From Haplodiscus bocki (taxonomy: Eukaryota): a stretch of DNA of 64,000 nucleotides. Under the pieces are notes generated by a model. It was not told the DNA's origin. It did not search any database and worked only from the letters and a program-made list of their open reading frames with translations. This document shows, piece after piece, positions 25,952 to 43,061 of the stretch. Each line of letters starts with the position of its first letter. The stretch's first letter is position 1. Both the position numbers and the translations under genes were made by a program. The stretch spans positions 105,834,001 through 105,898,000 of the forward strand of contig OZ296649.1 in NCBI GenBank assembly GCA_965655095.1, read 5' to 3'.

Positions 25952-26151
25952 NNNNNNNNNNNNNNNNNNNNNNNNNNNNNNNNNNNNNNNNNNNNNNNNN
26001 NNNNNNNNNNNNNNNNNNNNNNNNNNNNNNNNNNNNNNNNNNNNNNNNNNNNNNNNNNNNNNNNNNNNNNNNNNNNNNNNNNNNNNNNNNNNNNNNNNNN
26101 NNNNNNNNNNNNNNNNNNNNNNNNNNNNNNNNNNNNNNNNNNNNNNNNNNN
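25952..26151. other. Assembly gap (200 N) flanked by a duplicated 1.79-kb overlap
   Basis: 24162-25951 equals 26152-27940 apart from one T in a homopolymer. Confidence 0.95.
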
Positions 26152-27021
26152 ATGTTCAATTTATGGGTGTAAATTTAGTAAATGACGAAAGTGCAAAGTA
26201 TTTAGGGATTTTTAATGATCCTAAACTCCCGTTTCACTCCCATATCAAACACGCAGTGAAAAAACTTTCGAGGTAATTGTCCGTCATAGCTCGACTGAGA
26301 CATTACGTACCCAGGGGGACTTCATTGAAGTATTACCAAACATATATCGAACCAATCATCACATATTGTTTGTTGGTTTATGGTTGTACAACAAGACACC
26401 AGTTGAACCCCATATACATCATTCTAAAAAAGTACTCAGATTAATTCACTTAAAGCCGCAATTTCACGCTAGTCGAGAACTGTTCTTTCAAAATGGGTTT
26501 TTAAATGTAATCGAGTTGTACGCTATGGAGCTTCTTAAAGTCTGTCTCAAATCACTGCGCGCAAAAAACTGCTCCTATTTTCTTAACAGCTTCTATAAGA
26601 CACGCTTTAATGTTCATGGAACGAGGAGTGTAAGTAGCGGTGCCTTTTACCATCTTCGTACTTCGAACTTGCAAGAAGAGCAGTCTATAAAAAACCGAGG
26701 TTCTAAAGTTTTATATTACTTCATCGCAAATTATTACTGTACCGATAACTTAATTCAATGGTCAGAAAACCAACTAATGCATAAGGTAAGAGAAGCAAAA
26801 AACAGCAGCTGCCGTGAGACACTAGCCAAACTCATATTTTGAAGCCTGAGAAACTAAACTAACAAATGCTTCTACATAGCTTTGGAGCTTTCAGGTCCTC
26901 TCTCGGAAAGGTTAAGACCTTATAGAGGACCTCTACATGTGCATATGCAGGATATTTGTTTCGAGTGTATATGTCATTTAAGATGCGCATGTGGAAAAAA
27001 AGTCTTTCTTTCTTTCTTTCT
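26152..27021 (+). mobile_element. Duplicate of the 3' end of the plus-strand LINE (probable assembly overlap)
   Basis: Essentially identical to 24162-25032. Confidence 0.85.
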
Positions 27022-30000
27022 TCTCGAGAGAGGACACGAAAGCTCCAAAGCCATGTAGAAGCAATTGTTAGTTTAGTTTCTCAGACTTCGAAATATGAGT
27101 TAGGCTATTGTCTCACGGCAGCTGCTGTTTTTTGCTTCTCTTACCTTATGCATTAGTTGGTTTTCTGACCATTGAAGTATGTTATCGGTAGAGTAAAAAT
27201 TTGCGATGAGGTAATTTGTTACTTTTGAACCGCGGTTTTTTATAGACTGCTCTTCTCGCAAAATCGAAGTGCGAATATGGTAAAAGGCACCGCTACTTAC
27301 ACTCCTCGTTTCATGAACATTAAAGCGTGTCTTATAGAAGCTGTTAAGAAAATAGGAGCAGTTTTCTGCGCGCACTGATTTGAGACAGAATTTAAGAAGC
27401 TCCATAGCGTACAACTCGAACACATTTAAAAAACCCATTTTGAAAGAACAGTTCTCGACTAGGGTGAAATTGCGGCTTTAAGTGAAATAATCTGAGTACT
27501 TTTTTTTGAACAATGTAAATGGGGTTCATTTGGTGTCTTGCTGTACAACCATAAACCAACAAACCATATGTGATGATTGGTTCGATATATGTTTGGTAAT
27601 ACTTCAATGAAGTCCCCCTGGGTACGTAATGTCTCAGTCGAGCTACGACGGACAATTGCTTCGAAATTGTTTTCACTACGTGTTTGATATGGGAATGAAT
27701 CGAGATTTTAGTATCAATATGAATCCCCAAATACTTTGCACTTTCGTCATTTACTAAATTTACACCCATAAAATGAACATTAGATGTATGGTTGAATTGC
27801 AACATTTGTGTTTTTTGAATGTTGAGAGCTAGCTTATTTAAACCCATCCACGATGGAACATTCAATAGTTCTTTGTCGAGACACGAGGTCAATGTTTTTT
27901 TTCAGAGTATTTCAAGTTTGCGTCATCAGCGAGAATATACGTGGTCACATTTGGGCAACATTTAGGAAAGTCATTTGTGTAAATAGTAAAAAGTAAAGGC
28001 CCTTAGTATCGAGCCCTGTGGAACACCACAATTGATCGGCTCAATGTTTGACCATTTATCGCTCACAAATACAGCCTGTTTCCTGTTTCTTAAGTATTTT
28101 TCAAAACAATTATTCACAATTCCCCTGACACTGCATTGTGACAGTTTTTCCAATAATCTGTAATGATTAATGGTATCAAAAGCTTTTCGAAGATCTAGCC
28201 TAATACTGGTGAATTCTTCATCAGTGCCTGATCGTAGGTTCTCAGTGATCTCTATTAGCGCATCTCTAGTTGAAAGCTTAGATCTAAATCCAAATTGGTT
28301 CTCATAAAGTATGCCGTTCTTGTCGAGAAATTTGATTAGACGATTGTACATGATTTTTTCAAGGACTTTACTCAAAACTGGCAGTGAAGAAATTGATCTA
28401 TAATTATCAACGTCGGTTTTACTTCCAGGTTTAAATAGTGGAATTACTTTGGCAATTTCCAGACAGTCTGGAAACTCGCCCTGACTAAACGTTTGATTTA
28501 TTAACTTTCGTAGATATGGGTCTATAGCCAGAGCAGAAAGTTCATCGATGCCGGATGCTTTGCCAATTTTAATATCGGAAATTGATGAACGATGGATTTC
28601 ATCTAATGATGTTGGGTATAAACACATGCTATTCAAAGTACGCTCCGATTGCAATTCTTCAACCGACATTGCAGATATGGATCTGGAGACACGTTTGTCC
28701 TGTGAAGCAAATCTTTGATTAAAAAAGTCTGCTAGAGTATCTTCCCGAACGACTACATTGTGTTCCGGTTCAATGATGCGAACTTCATCCTTGGTTACGT
28801 TCCTTCCAAGTAACATTTTTCATTCCCTGTAAAACCGCCTGGGTTGTTTTATTTTACTCTCGAACTTTCTGTTGTAGAAATTATATTCCTCACTTTTTAT
28901 CAAGCGATTTGTATAATTTCTCGAGGCAGTGTACTTCAGCTTATTTGCAGATGTTGGGTTTGCAAGATATTGCCTCAGAAATTTACCACGGAGTAGAATT
29001 TGATTTTTAATATTTTTGCTATACCAAGGTATATTGTTTTCTTTTTGGACGAATTGCTTTTCAACAGTAAAACTGACGGTGGTTTCGTTTATCGCTTGAG
29101 TCAAAAGAGAAAAATTATCATTCACGTCTGAAGCAAATGAGGTGTTTAACAATCTTTCATAAAGACTGTGCAGATAAAGCAGTCTTGAATCTTCTTCGGT
29201 TAAAAAACAAATCAACTTTACTTGAGTTATCACTTTCTGCTCTTTTGTTCGACAGTATGGTATTACCATTTTCGTTGCATAATGATCAGTTATAGATAGA
29301 TTTAATACATCAAATGTATTTTGCAAAATATTATTGTGAAACACATGATCTAGAAGAGTTTTCGATACCGGAGTAACACGGGTTGGCTTTGCTATATGTT
29401 GGGTAAAGCCACTCAATAGCATTGATTCGATATAGTTGTTCGAAGTGGTATTGGTTTCAAGCAAATTGATATTCATATCCCCAACAAAAAAACATGGGTG
29501 CTTGGAATTTGCTAAGACGGAAGACCATGTAGACATTTTTGTATGAACGTTAGCTTATCACAAGATGGTGAGTTCTACACACATGCAACTATAAAACAGT
29601 TTTTTGACGCATTTGTACATTTCACTGCAACTGCAGGTAAGCTCTCGTGAAGTTCAACAACTCGATAGCGAAGCGATTTATGTACATATATCCCAGCACC
29701 ACTGGTTCTATTAAATCCTGCGTGCGAAATCAATCTGTGATACTTCGTTATCTCAAATAGACTCAACGTAGAGTCATCTGACAGCCACGTTTCTGTCAGA
29801 CATATAACAGACGGATTGTTTAAGTTTTGATCTCCCATAAACATCATTAGGTCGTCAAAACTATTTTCGAACGATCGAATATTCATATGAAAAATCCATT
29901 TAATACCTTCTACTTCTTGTTTTCTACTTTTACGAGGGTCCTCTACTGAAAATTTAGTTTATCAGCACATACACGCATGACCAAACCCGGATCCCGTTTG

Positions 30001-30875
30001 TATAATTCATGCAATGTATGAAAAACAACTTTATCTTTATTGGTCTGGTACACGATTTTTTTCTCATTGATCATCTTTGCAGCTTCGACATCCGATTTTT
30101 CTTTGAGAGATTATGGAAGACGCGCCCTCAGCTGAGTGATATCATCATTGATATAAATAGGCCTACCTGACTGATGTGGCAAACCACTTTTCTTTTTCAT
30201 CAATGCCAGTTATGTTTCTCTCCGGGTAAACTTCACAATATTAGGTTTACCTGATTGTTCTCTTGCAGGGAGACGATGGCATACATTATTATCACTCTTA
30301 CAAATTGCAAAACCTCTTCTTTCACCACATCCACAACCTGCTGATACACATCCTCTCCTGTTTTCTCTTCCACACCAAACATTCTGACATTTTCTATTCG
30401 ACGGTATTGTTATTTGGCATCCGATAAAAACAAATTTGGGAGCCTAGTCTCTTGTACTTTTGAATCACCATGAGCTTCCTTCCGCAACCTTTCAACTTCC
30501 GTAAAGGCACTGTAACCACAAAGAAAGGGTCGCTCAGTGAATTTTTTTGCAGTCGTATAGGGAGCCAGACTGGTACCCATGCCAAACATCCATTTCCTTC
30601 TTGACCAGGTCCACTACACTCTATCAAGTGATTCTTGCCATCTTCATCAGTGAACACTTCGTCTGATATTTTTTGGCAGTCGTGTAGGGAGCCAGACTGG
30701 TACCCATGCCAAACATCCATTTCCTTCTTGACCAGGTCCACTACACTCTATCAAGTGATTCTTGCCATCTTCATCAGTGAACACTTCGTCTGATACACTA
30801 GTTTTCGTTTGGGTCAACTTCTTTGGAGGCATCACAATATGAAACTATTTAATAAGTTTATCACAACAATTAGGC
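27022..30875 (-). mobile_element. Second LINE copy, inverted 5' segment (ORF1 plus ORF2, defective)
   Basis: Reverse-complement copy of about 21174-24915; ORFs 29575-29886, 28820-29536, 27971-28816, 27392-27892. Confidence 0.92.
30541..30794 (-). repeat. Tandem duplication (2x about 127 bp) inside ORF1 of the inverted LINE
   Basis: DEVFTDEDGKNHLIECSGPGQEGNGCLAWVPVWLP is encoded twice. Confidence 0.92.
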
Positions 30876-30876
30876 T

Positions 30877-31033
30877 AAGTTAAGACCTTTTAGAATGTCC
30901 TCCTTTTAGAAAAGGTTAAGAACTTTTAGAATGTCCTCTTAATGTGCATATGCAGGATATTTATCCTTTCAAGTGTATATGTCATTTAATATGCGCATGT
31001 GGAAAATAAAGTCTTTCTTACTTTCTTTCTTTC
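30877..31033 (+). mobile_element. Non-inverted 3' end and tail of the second LINE
   Basis: gttaagacc...atgtgcatatgcaggatattt...tgcgcatgtggaaaataaagtctttc(ttt c)n matches about 24920-25032. Confidence 0.85.
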
Positions 31034-33784
31034 ATTTCCAATTCAGTGGAATATTCTGATGAGAGCATTGTCCTTTCCAAGTTGTAGGAACGTATGGAAT
31101 CTCAAAAATCATTGTGTATGTTCCAACTTGAGTATAGACGTTAAGGAACGGAGGCTAGGCAACTGAAGTGACCGGAGCAGTTTTAATGGTATCATCTTTT
31201 CAATTCTGGTTCTTGGACAAACGTTTAGCCAATTTTGACATTCATCTTGAAAGTGAAATTTTTCTGAGATGAAAGATAGTCACTGCAAGCTTCCCCGTGC
31301 ACAGTAATCCTTCAAATAGTATTCCAAAAATTTATCCAAGACCTATCCGCTTTGGGAGCCTATATTTTTCGGAATGACTTTCTTTGAAATTTTTTCAAGT
31401 ATTTTTCAAAACTCGGTTCAATGTCTTTGTTCTCAAAACAGTGTAATTACGCGTGTGAGCTTGTGCCTAATTCATTGGTTTACGGTGTTTCAACAGAAAA
31501 TGATATATCGAACGCGCTGTTGGATGACAATCCAAAACTTTTATTACTGTTGTTTAATCTAGAAGCTTCTGAAAAAGTCCTTTTTTGGACTTTTCTCAAA
31601 ATGGTATTTTCCACCCGATTTTCAGTAACTGCGCCTCTTTTTCTTTGGCGAACCTGTTTGTCTTCCATTGGATTCAATTAGTGATCGAGAGTCTTTTTCC
31701 CTCGAAAATACTTCGCACTTTCATAAAATTTTCATTTTTTAGTGAAGTTTTAGAATTGTGGGCGATCTCATTGATACTGTTATAATCAGTGCACTAAAGC
31801 GCTAGTTTTTCCAAGGAGACCTTGGAAAGTTTTGGGGAAGCGCACAAGCCGGCAAAAACGAGATATTTCATTTCATTGCGGCCAATAATTCGTATCTTGT
31901 TCCTTCATAATTCACTGATAAATTTTTAGAGTGAATGAGACAGGAGCAAGTGCAAACCCATGCGAGCGTATGCGAATTTTTGTGGTTATGCAACAAAAGC
32001 TATGTTTTTTTTCTGAAGATCTTCGACCAAATTCGCTAATGTATTTAGATCAATCTCTAGACATTATATAATTTCAAGGGCTTAGAGTGAAAGGATAATG
32101 CCCTTATGTCGTCGATTATTTGTAGAAAACGTGACTGCTTTGGCAAGCCCAACTTTAAACCCTGACTTCTCCGTAGATAAGTTTCACTGGGACGGGTTTC
32201 AGTAGGAATTAAGGCAAGGTTCTCAGCTACTTTTTTGTCAAAAGTTTCCTCATCATGGGCTTTCTGGCAAACACTGACCTGATAGGTGGAACTTTCGAAT
32301 CCAGTACTTCACTACGGTATCTTGCGCCTGTTAACTACAACTAGCAATGAAGTCTAATGCGTGCTTACTGAACCGCACGGGGTCCCTCCGTGGATAAAAA
32401 GTTTTCCCCGGCCGAAAATCCGTCGGAAAAATAACTTGAATTTGTTGGAACGTTTTCATTTTTTTTGTTTATGCTTAGCGCTTCTAAGATCGTTTGGGCT
32501 TACGCAGCACCAAGTAGAAATTTCATTAAAATAGCTTTCATCGGAGTAGGAAGCTTGCAAGTTTTTGACGAACTATTCTACGAAAATCAATGAAAAATCT
32601 TGTATTGGGTAGAACGTATTGGGCAAAGACTGAAATGGCCGAAATATCATGAAAAAACCTTTTCAAAGAAATTCATCTTAATGTTCATATTTACGTTTGA
32701 TTGATTGTCTGCATCATTGTTTCTAATGGTGTTTCATTGGGGCTTGTTCAAATCATTCCGATGTGTAATTGATGGCAATTCAATCCATTTAGCGTTTTTC
32801 AAGGAATAAATGTTAAAATCTTATTGTTTAAGAGCGAAACGTTTTCTCACCATACGTCTTACAGTTTTTTTTTGTTGAGCTCTTTGTCTAGCTGGAGTTT
32901 TTCTCACGGGGTCCCAGGATCCTTCTGAGTTTTCGGGCGCATATACGCGAAGCCCAAACAGAAAGCTTTTTGCGCCCACGTTTTTCGAATATTCGTATTT
33001 AAAATTTTCGAACGGTACAATAATCCATCTTTCAGGTCAATTTTCAGTTTAGTTTTCCGTAGAGTAAATTTGATTTTGATAATTTATTTGAAATTTTCAA
33101 AAAATTCATTTTGTCAAATTTTAATTGCTTTCGCCTTGATGCTCAGGACCGCCAGGGGCCTATTTTTTTTGCAATCGAAGTACATATCGTTTAATGAGAG
33201 CTTGTTCGTGTTATAATCCACGGGCGTTTCTTCATTGAATCATTGCGCACAAAGTTGACAATGAGATGCATGTTGTTGAAGCAATAGCGTAAAATTTTAT
33301 TTGAAAACAACCAGCAAACATTGAAATGATAGAGCACTCAGGCAAGATAGTTGGATATAGATGAATTTGGACTTGTACAAATCAAAATTTATGAAACGTC
33401 CAAAATCAAACGAAAGGTGCGACTTTTCAGAAAAGTGCTTTGGAATCATGTTGGTATCTAATGGAAGATGAAATTGGCTGAATTTTCCTCCTGTCTGCAT
33501 TTTTTATATATAAGACTCATTTATGTAGAAGGATCAAGTCAAATTGTTTCTCGTGATTCTGTAAAGTTCAGTTCTTTCATGCCAATTGTTTTCTTTAATC
33601 ATAGCATTATTCTTTATTGCATGCGTAGCCTCCAAAATAGGATGCAATTCTCCCGAGTGATGGATGCATAAATTACGATGGTATTACGTAACTGGTATTA
33701 ATGTTAGATTGCACTGCGGACCAAAAAACGACGTTGTAAAATGTATCATGCCGCAGTCTCTGAATAAGCCATTGTCGATTAAAA

Positions 33785-33911
33785 CAAAATGGCGCTGCGC
33801 TTCAACTAAGAGTAGCTACGTCTTAGAATAGAATTTGACGTCATTAAATATGGCGGCGCCCATGTGAACTTTTGTTACTGTTTGCTCTGCTTTGCTAGTG
33901 AATATGGCCGC
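33785..33911 (+). promoter_or_regulatory. Candidate AHCY promoter: three YY1-like AANATGGC motifs and a CRE
   Basis: caaaatggcg 33785, TGACGTCA 33836-33843, aatatggcggc 33847, aatatggccgc 33901, about 260-380 bp upstream of the ATG. Confidence 0.45.
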
Positions 33912-34167
33912 TTGCATGCAAGCATCAAAATTTAGAATCGTTGTGTTGGAAAATTTCCCGTAGTAATACGACTTGGCCTGTTTCGTAAGACAATGCGACA
34001 GTTCTTGTCAAATCACCATTTCGGCTCCGTCAGTTGTACGATTCAGTCTACTTAGCTCGACCTAAACAACCGCCTGCCTTTTCTTTTGAAGGTGAAATAC
34101 TTTTTCAGTTTTGAATTGTATTGATTTTAAATTTTGTGTTTGTTTGTTCAATTACCAACTACCAACC

Positions 34168-38474
<4,307 letters not shown>

Positions 38475-39829
38475 ACAACCAAGCAAAGTGAAACAATTGT
38501 AGAAGTAACCTTGTGATAACTTTGACCTGGGCGGGCCCCTTGAGTACTGTCAAGGAAGTACGAAGAGCATTGTACTGAAAGACACCGACTTAAATGAACT
38601 TTAAAAGCGGTCTTCTGTATCCGCATCTGTTTCTTTATGGATAGATCTTTTTGTTGATTTGCAATCTGTCAATATTTGGTACGAAAGTTTTATGAGTACT
38701 TTGCATCTTTGTATTTTGACCCAAAATTAATCTGTATATCAAACACATCTTTCAAATTCTGTAGCAAAAGAACTAGAAGGCAAACTTTAAGAAGATGCGT
38801 GATGATTACGCCTGCAACTAATTTTCAGCCGTAAGTTGGCCCGACCAGTTTTGGCTGACCTCAAATGAGGTTACCCTCTTTTGCACACTTACTGCCTAGA
38901 ATCATGTGGGAGCTTTCTTCCTGCTAAGGGTCTCAATTGCTGCAGAAAGGTTCAAGAAAACAATAGTCTATGAGAACTTGACTTCCGGATTTTTCATGAC
39001 CCTCAAGGTTTCAAAATTGTGATTTTAATGTCAGCAGAATTATTATGATACTGAATCTTTCCCCGAAACTCAAGTTATATGGTTTGTATTTTGGAAATGA
39101 TAGTTTTCATAGAAATCCCACGAAAACAAAATGTTCGAACCTTTGATTGATAGCACCAACTGGTGTTGATGTTAGCAGTTCACAAAACTAAAAATTCAAT
39201 CTATCAGCTTATCGGAAAATTATTTGATCAACAAACGATCATAATTGCATGACATTGTACGTCCATTGACTCAAATGACACTTCATGTCAGACTGAATTT
39301 CGGTGCGCAATGAAAATCAACTAGAAAATTTGATACCTTATATGGCGTAGGCTTTGGCTGCTAATGATTTGAACCGCTTCTTAACACAAATGCGTCACGT
39401 CTGAATCGGAAAATAACAGTAGGAATTCAACACGGTGTAGAAACCTCATTAAGTAGTGGTAGTACTTTAGGATCCAAAAATGAAAATTGAAGCCGAAAAA
39501 TCTGAAGTATTCTATCCAGAAATTAGCCGGAAACGCTCCAAGTCGCCACCACGTAGGGAACAGTATTCTCCACGTAGGAACAGTCCCCGTTCTTTTTGAA
39601 AAAGGTTGAATTCGAAATGATGACATAGCTTGACTACTTTTTTCAGAGTTACGCAACGATCTGAGAACTTTGAATGTTTTTATTTTCCGTCGAAAAGATT
39701 TTTGGAAGGAGAATAGTCAACTATGTAGTTGAGTTATTGTTTCTTTTCCTGACTGTCTATGACATGCAGACTTTATATCGATTTCATAGAAGACTGTCAG
39801 TCTGCTCTTCCAGTGCCACCGCAGCAGAG

Positions 39830-41150
39830 CAGACTTCTTAGCCTCTTCATGACACAAAAGAACGTTGTTACCACGGTTAGGTAGCCTGATGGTGGAAGGT
39901 TCGAATCGCTTTAGGAGCCAATAATTTTGAGATTTTTTTGAGAACCTCTTTGAAAACTTGAAGTTTTTTCATAGAGATACTTTTGAACGTTTACTAAATT
40001 AGGTCGCCTGTGTTATCTCAAAATTCTTCCCAGCTCCTACCTGAGTTGAAGAAATAGGGGTTAAATGTTTTTTGAAGCCCAAAAAATTCTTGAATCTCGT
40101 TTAAAAAGTAGTTTTCAAACAAGAATCACTTTCGATTTGTTTTTTTTTCGCTTCGCTAGTGGTGCAGCTGGGGCCAAAAGACAAAAGATTACATCGAAAA
40201 GGTTTTCACTTGAATCTCTTTTTGTGATGTCCATGTCGCCGGAAATGAAAAAAAAACAACTTTCTTGTCATTACTGGCGGTGTCAAGGAAGAATTTGATA
40301 AATTTTGCGCAATTTACGTTATTTTCACTTTTTCTGGCTCTTGTGTGCTGATTAAGCGTAATATATCGCCCTTTCAAAAACCACAGTTCATTTTTGTGCA
40401 GTATCTCCAATTTTGCTGATAACGAATTGGAAAAAAATCTAAATTTCAGCCAAAATAAAAGTTTTCCAGAAGCCCCAACCAGTTTCTCTGAATGAAGGTT
40501 TAAAAAGCAGTCGGGTTTACTCGATATCATGACACAGTCGGACCATTTTCGATTCGTTTCATTGATTTTTAATAACTTCCCTCGAAAGGTTTTGGATAGA
40601 AGAATATTCAACTTTGTAGTGGTGATTTCTTTTTCCTGACACTGCTCATGACATTCATACTTTGTATTGTTTACATAGCACACTGTCAATCCGAGTGGCA
40701 GATATTCTGGCGTCTTGCATTACACGAAGAAACGTTGTCAAGTGGTTAGGTACCTGACAGGCTTGGGCCCCATTACGAGATAATTTATAGAAATGTTATT
40801 TGCATACCTTTTACACTTCATGTTTTTAAAAAAATTTCGAGAAAGTCTTAAGAATTCACCAACAATCGCTACTTATGCCCAAAATTCCTCCCAGTTTCTA
40901 CCTGATCTGAAAAAATGGTGATTTGAAGTTTCTTCAGACGCCATGAAAAAAGTTTAAGATTTACAAATCCTGTCTAAAAATTTTCAGAATATTGAAAATT
41001 TTGAAATCTTTTTCTAATTTAACGTTTTTTTCGACCTTCCAGTTCTTCGGGGCTATAAAACGTTAAATTGTTTTGAGAAAGATTCTACTTCAGTATCTAG
41101 TTTTGTGTTTTTCACAGTGCCGGATTGGCAAAAACTACAACATCTTTGAA
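39830..41150 (+). repeat. Two diverged copies of a ~0.45-kb segment about 880 bp apart; the first has pol III A/B-box-like motifs (possible SINE)
   Basis: aacgttgt..ggttaggta.cctga at about 39861 and 40731; aaaattc.tcccag.t.ctacctga at about 40020 and 40880; GGTTCGAATC at 39898. Confidence 0.5.
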
Positions 41151-41169
41151 ATTAAAACTCAGGCTTTTT

Positions 41170-42060
41170 CACAAAACACAGGCTTGATTTCTTCCAACAA
41201 GAACTCACTCAAAAGTTGAGGAAGACTGACTGAATAAAAAACAAAGAATTTTGTGCCGTTGGAATCCTAATGGTCTGGAAGTTCAAAAAAGTTACTACAA
41301 ATTGGAAATAACCCGATACTCAAAGCCAAATGTCTAAACTAAAAGCTTGATTTCTCCAATCAAAGACATTGTCGGTGAAATTTTAGTTGCAGAGTTTTAA
41401 GCAATATAAAAAAAACAATTTGTTTTGTGAATTGGAATCCTGATAGTCCGATAACGCCGGAAGTGGTTGATAACATTGATGCATCTGAACTTCCGAATTC
41501 AAATTTCTCCATGACTACCAGCTGCTTTCTTCCAACGAATTCTCATTAGTACATTAGGACAGATCATTAGTCGCTGAGGATTGGAAATTTAAAAAAATCA
41601 CTTTTTTGTATTAGAACCTTGGTCGATCAGAAGTGCACTAACGGCAATACATAACGCCTCTTCTCGATTTGCAAACTGAAGAATTTCCAGGTCAACCACT
41701 TTGATTCCGTCTCAATCGATAAATTTTTGTTTATTAGATTAGTTGAGTGAGAATTTATCAACACTCTTCCTTGCACCGATTTCCCGTTAAGCTAAAGGAC
41801 GCCAAACGGAGCGAAAAAAGAAGGTAGTCCTGATGTCATTATTAATTTCGTCCTATAAGCACCTGCTTCATTCTTTCTGGAGAACATGAATAGACGGTTT
41901 CCCAGACTCGACTGGATCATTCGCCAATTAATCATCAATTTTAACCCTTTAATCTGTATCGAGCTAATCCATGGACGCTAAAGACATAATAGGGAAGGAT
42001 ATTGGGGATAACCAAGATCTTTCCACAATAACTAAGGGCCAGGATACCTCCATCTAAATG
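41170..42060. repeat. Old, diverged ~170-bp tandem array (about 5 copies)
   Basis: gcttgatttc-like at about 41181, 41344, 41521, 41700, 41862; ttggaatcct..tggtc-like at about 41259, 41431, 41610. Confidence 0.5.
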
Positions 42061-43061
42061 TAAATCAACAGTTTTCTACCTGTTTGAGAATTGTGAAATG
42101 AGATACTAAAAATTTTCCTCGCATTATGGAAATTTTGACAGGCTGAATTAAAAACAAGCAAACACGTGTGTTGCTTGTTTTGAATTGAATTCGATCTGAA
42201 ACTCCAGAGTTGATTTCTTCCATGAATGTCTTCTGCGAAAATTGTTTGTAAAAAGTTATATAGATGAACACCGTCACGTTTCACTACCCGCATTGGAAGT
42301 ATGAGAGTCTCAAACTGCTGAAAATTGCAACTTGTAACATATGTTTCTTGGCAGTTTATTCAGTTGGGAGTTTGCTCTGTGGCTAGTAACAATGGCCAAA
42401 TATTTTTTCACAACAGCCAGTAATTTTACTTTCTTCTCATATCTAGTATAGAAGACTATTTTGACGACAATCCTCCTCATTTGCTATAATATTTATTCAA
42501 GTTACTGGAACTGTTCAAAGTTCAAAAAATGACATGGCTGGTTTTCAGTTGAATTAAATTGGGTTTGAAAGTTTCTGTAGCCACGCATGGAAAGCAGACT
42601 AAAAATCTTAAGCAGAACAGACTGAAAAAATAAACAAAGTGACAGGTTTAGTTTTCCGAATGAGGCTAGTAGCAAATATCAAGTTTTTTCCTCGAACATA
42701 GTTATTCTTTTACATCTTCCTATAATTTTTATTCTCCTAGGCTATTTTTTCCAAACCCTTTAAAATAAAAACATTCAAACATTTTTCAAGTATTTTTCTA
42801 GCAGTGGTTTCGTTTCGTTACCTTTAATTCTCATTTCATGGACTTCCTTTTTAATTGATCAGTTCACCCAGGAAGATAGTTTCGGTTGTTGGTTACTTCT
42901 TTTCACGTTGCGTTTAAAGTTTAATACTTCTAAAAAGATCGATTGTTTCCTTGACCAAAGAAGTTTATTCTAAAATTGGTTCCAAAATTTAAGGTTAAGT
43001 TTGTATTTGTGCTGTTTTTTTTCCGATACATTCAATCTCTAACCACTATCAGCATATGCTG

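Noticed and set aside
25830-26276. ORFs spanning the N run
   Set aside because: Artefacts of translating the gap
34111-34167. Upstream extension of AHCY in the ORF track
   Set aside because: It starts at TTG; homology begins at the accATG at 34168
39860-39925. tRNA gene
   Set aside because: A B-box is present but no convincing cloverleaf or acceptor stem; at most a SINE head
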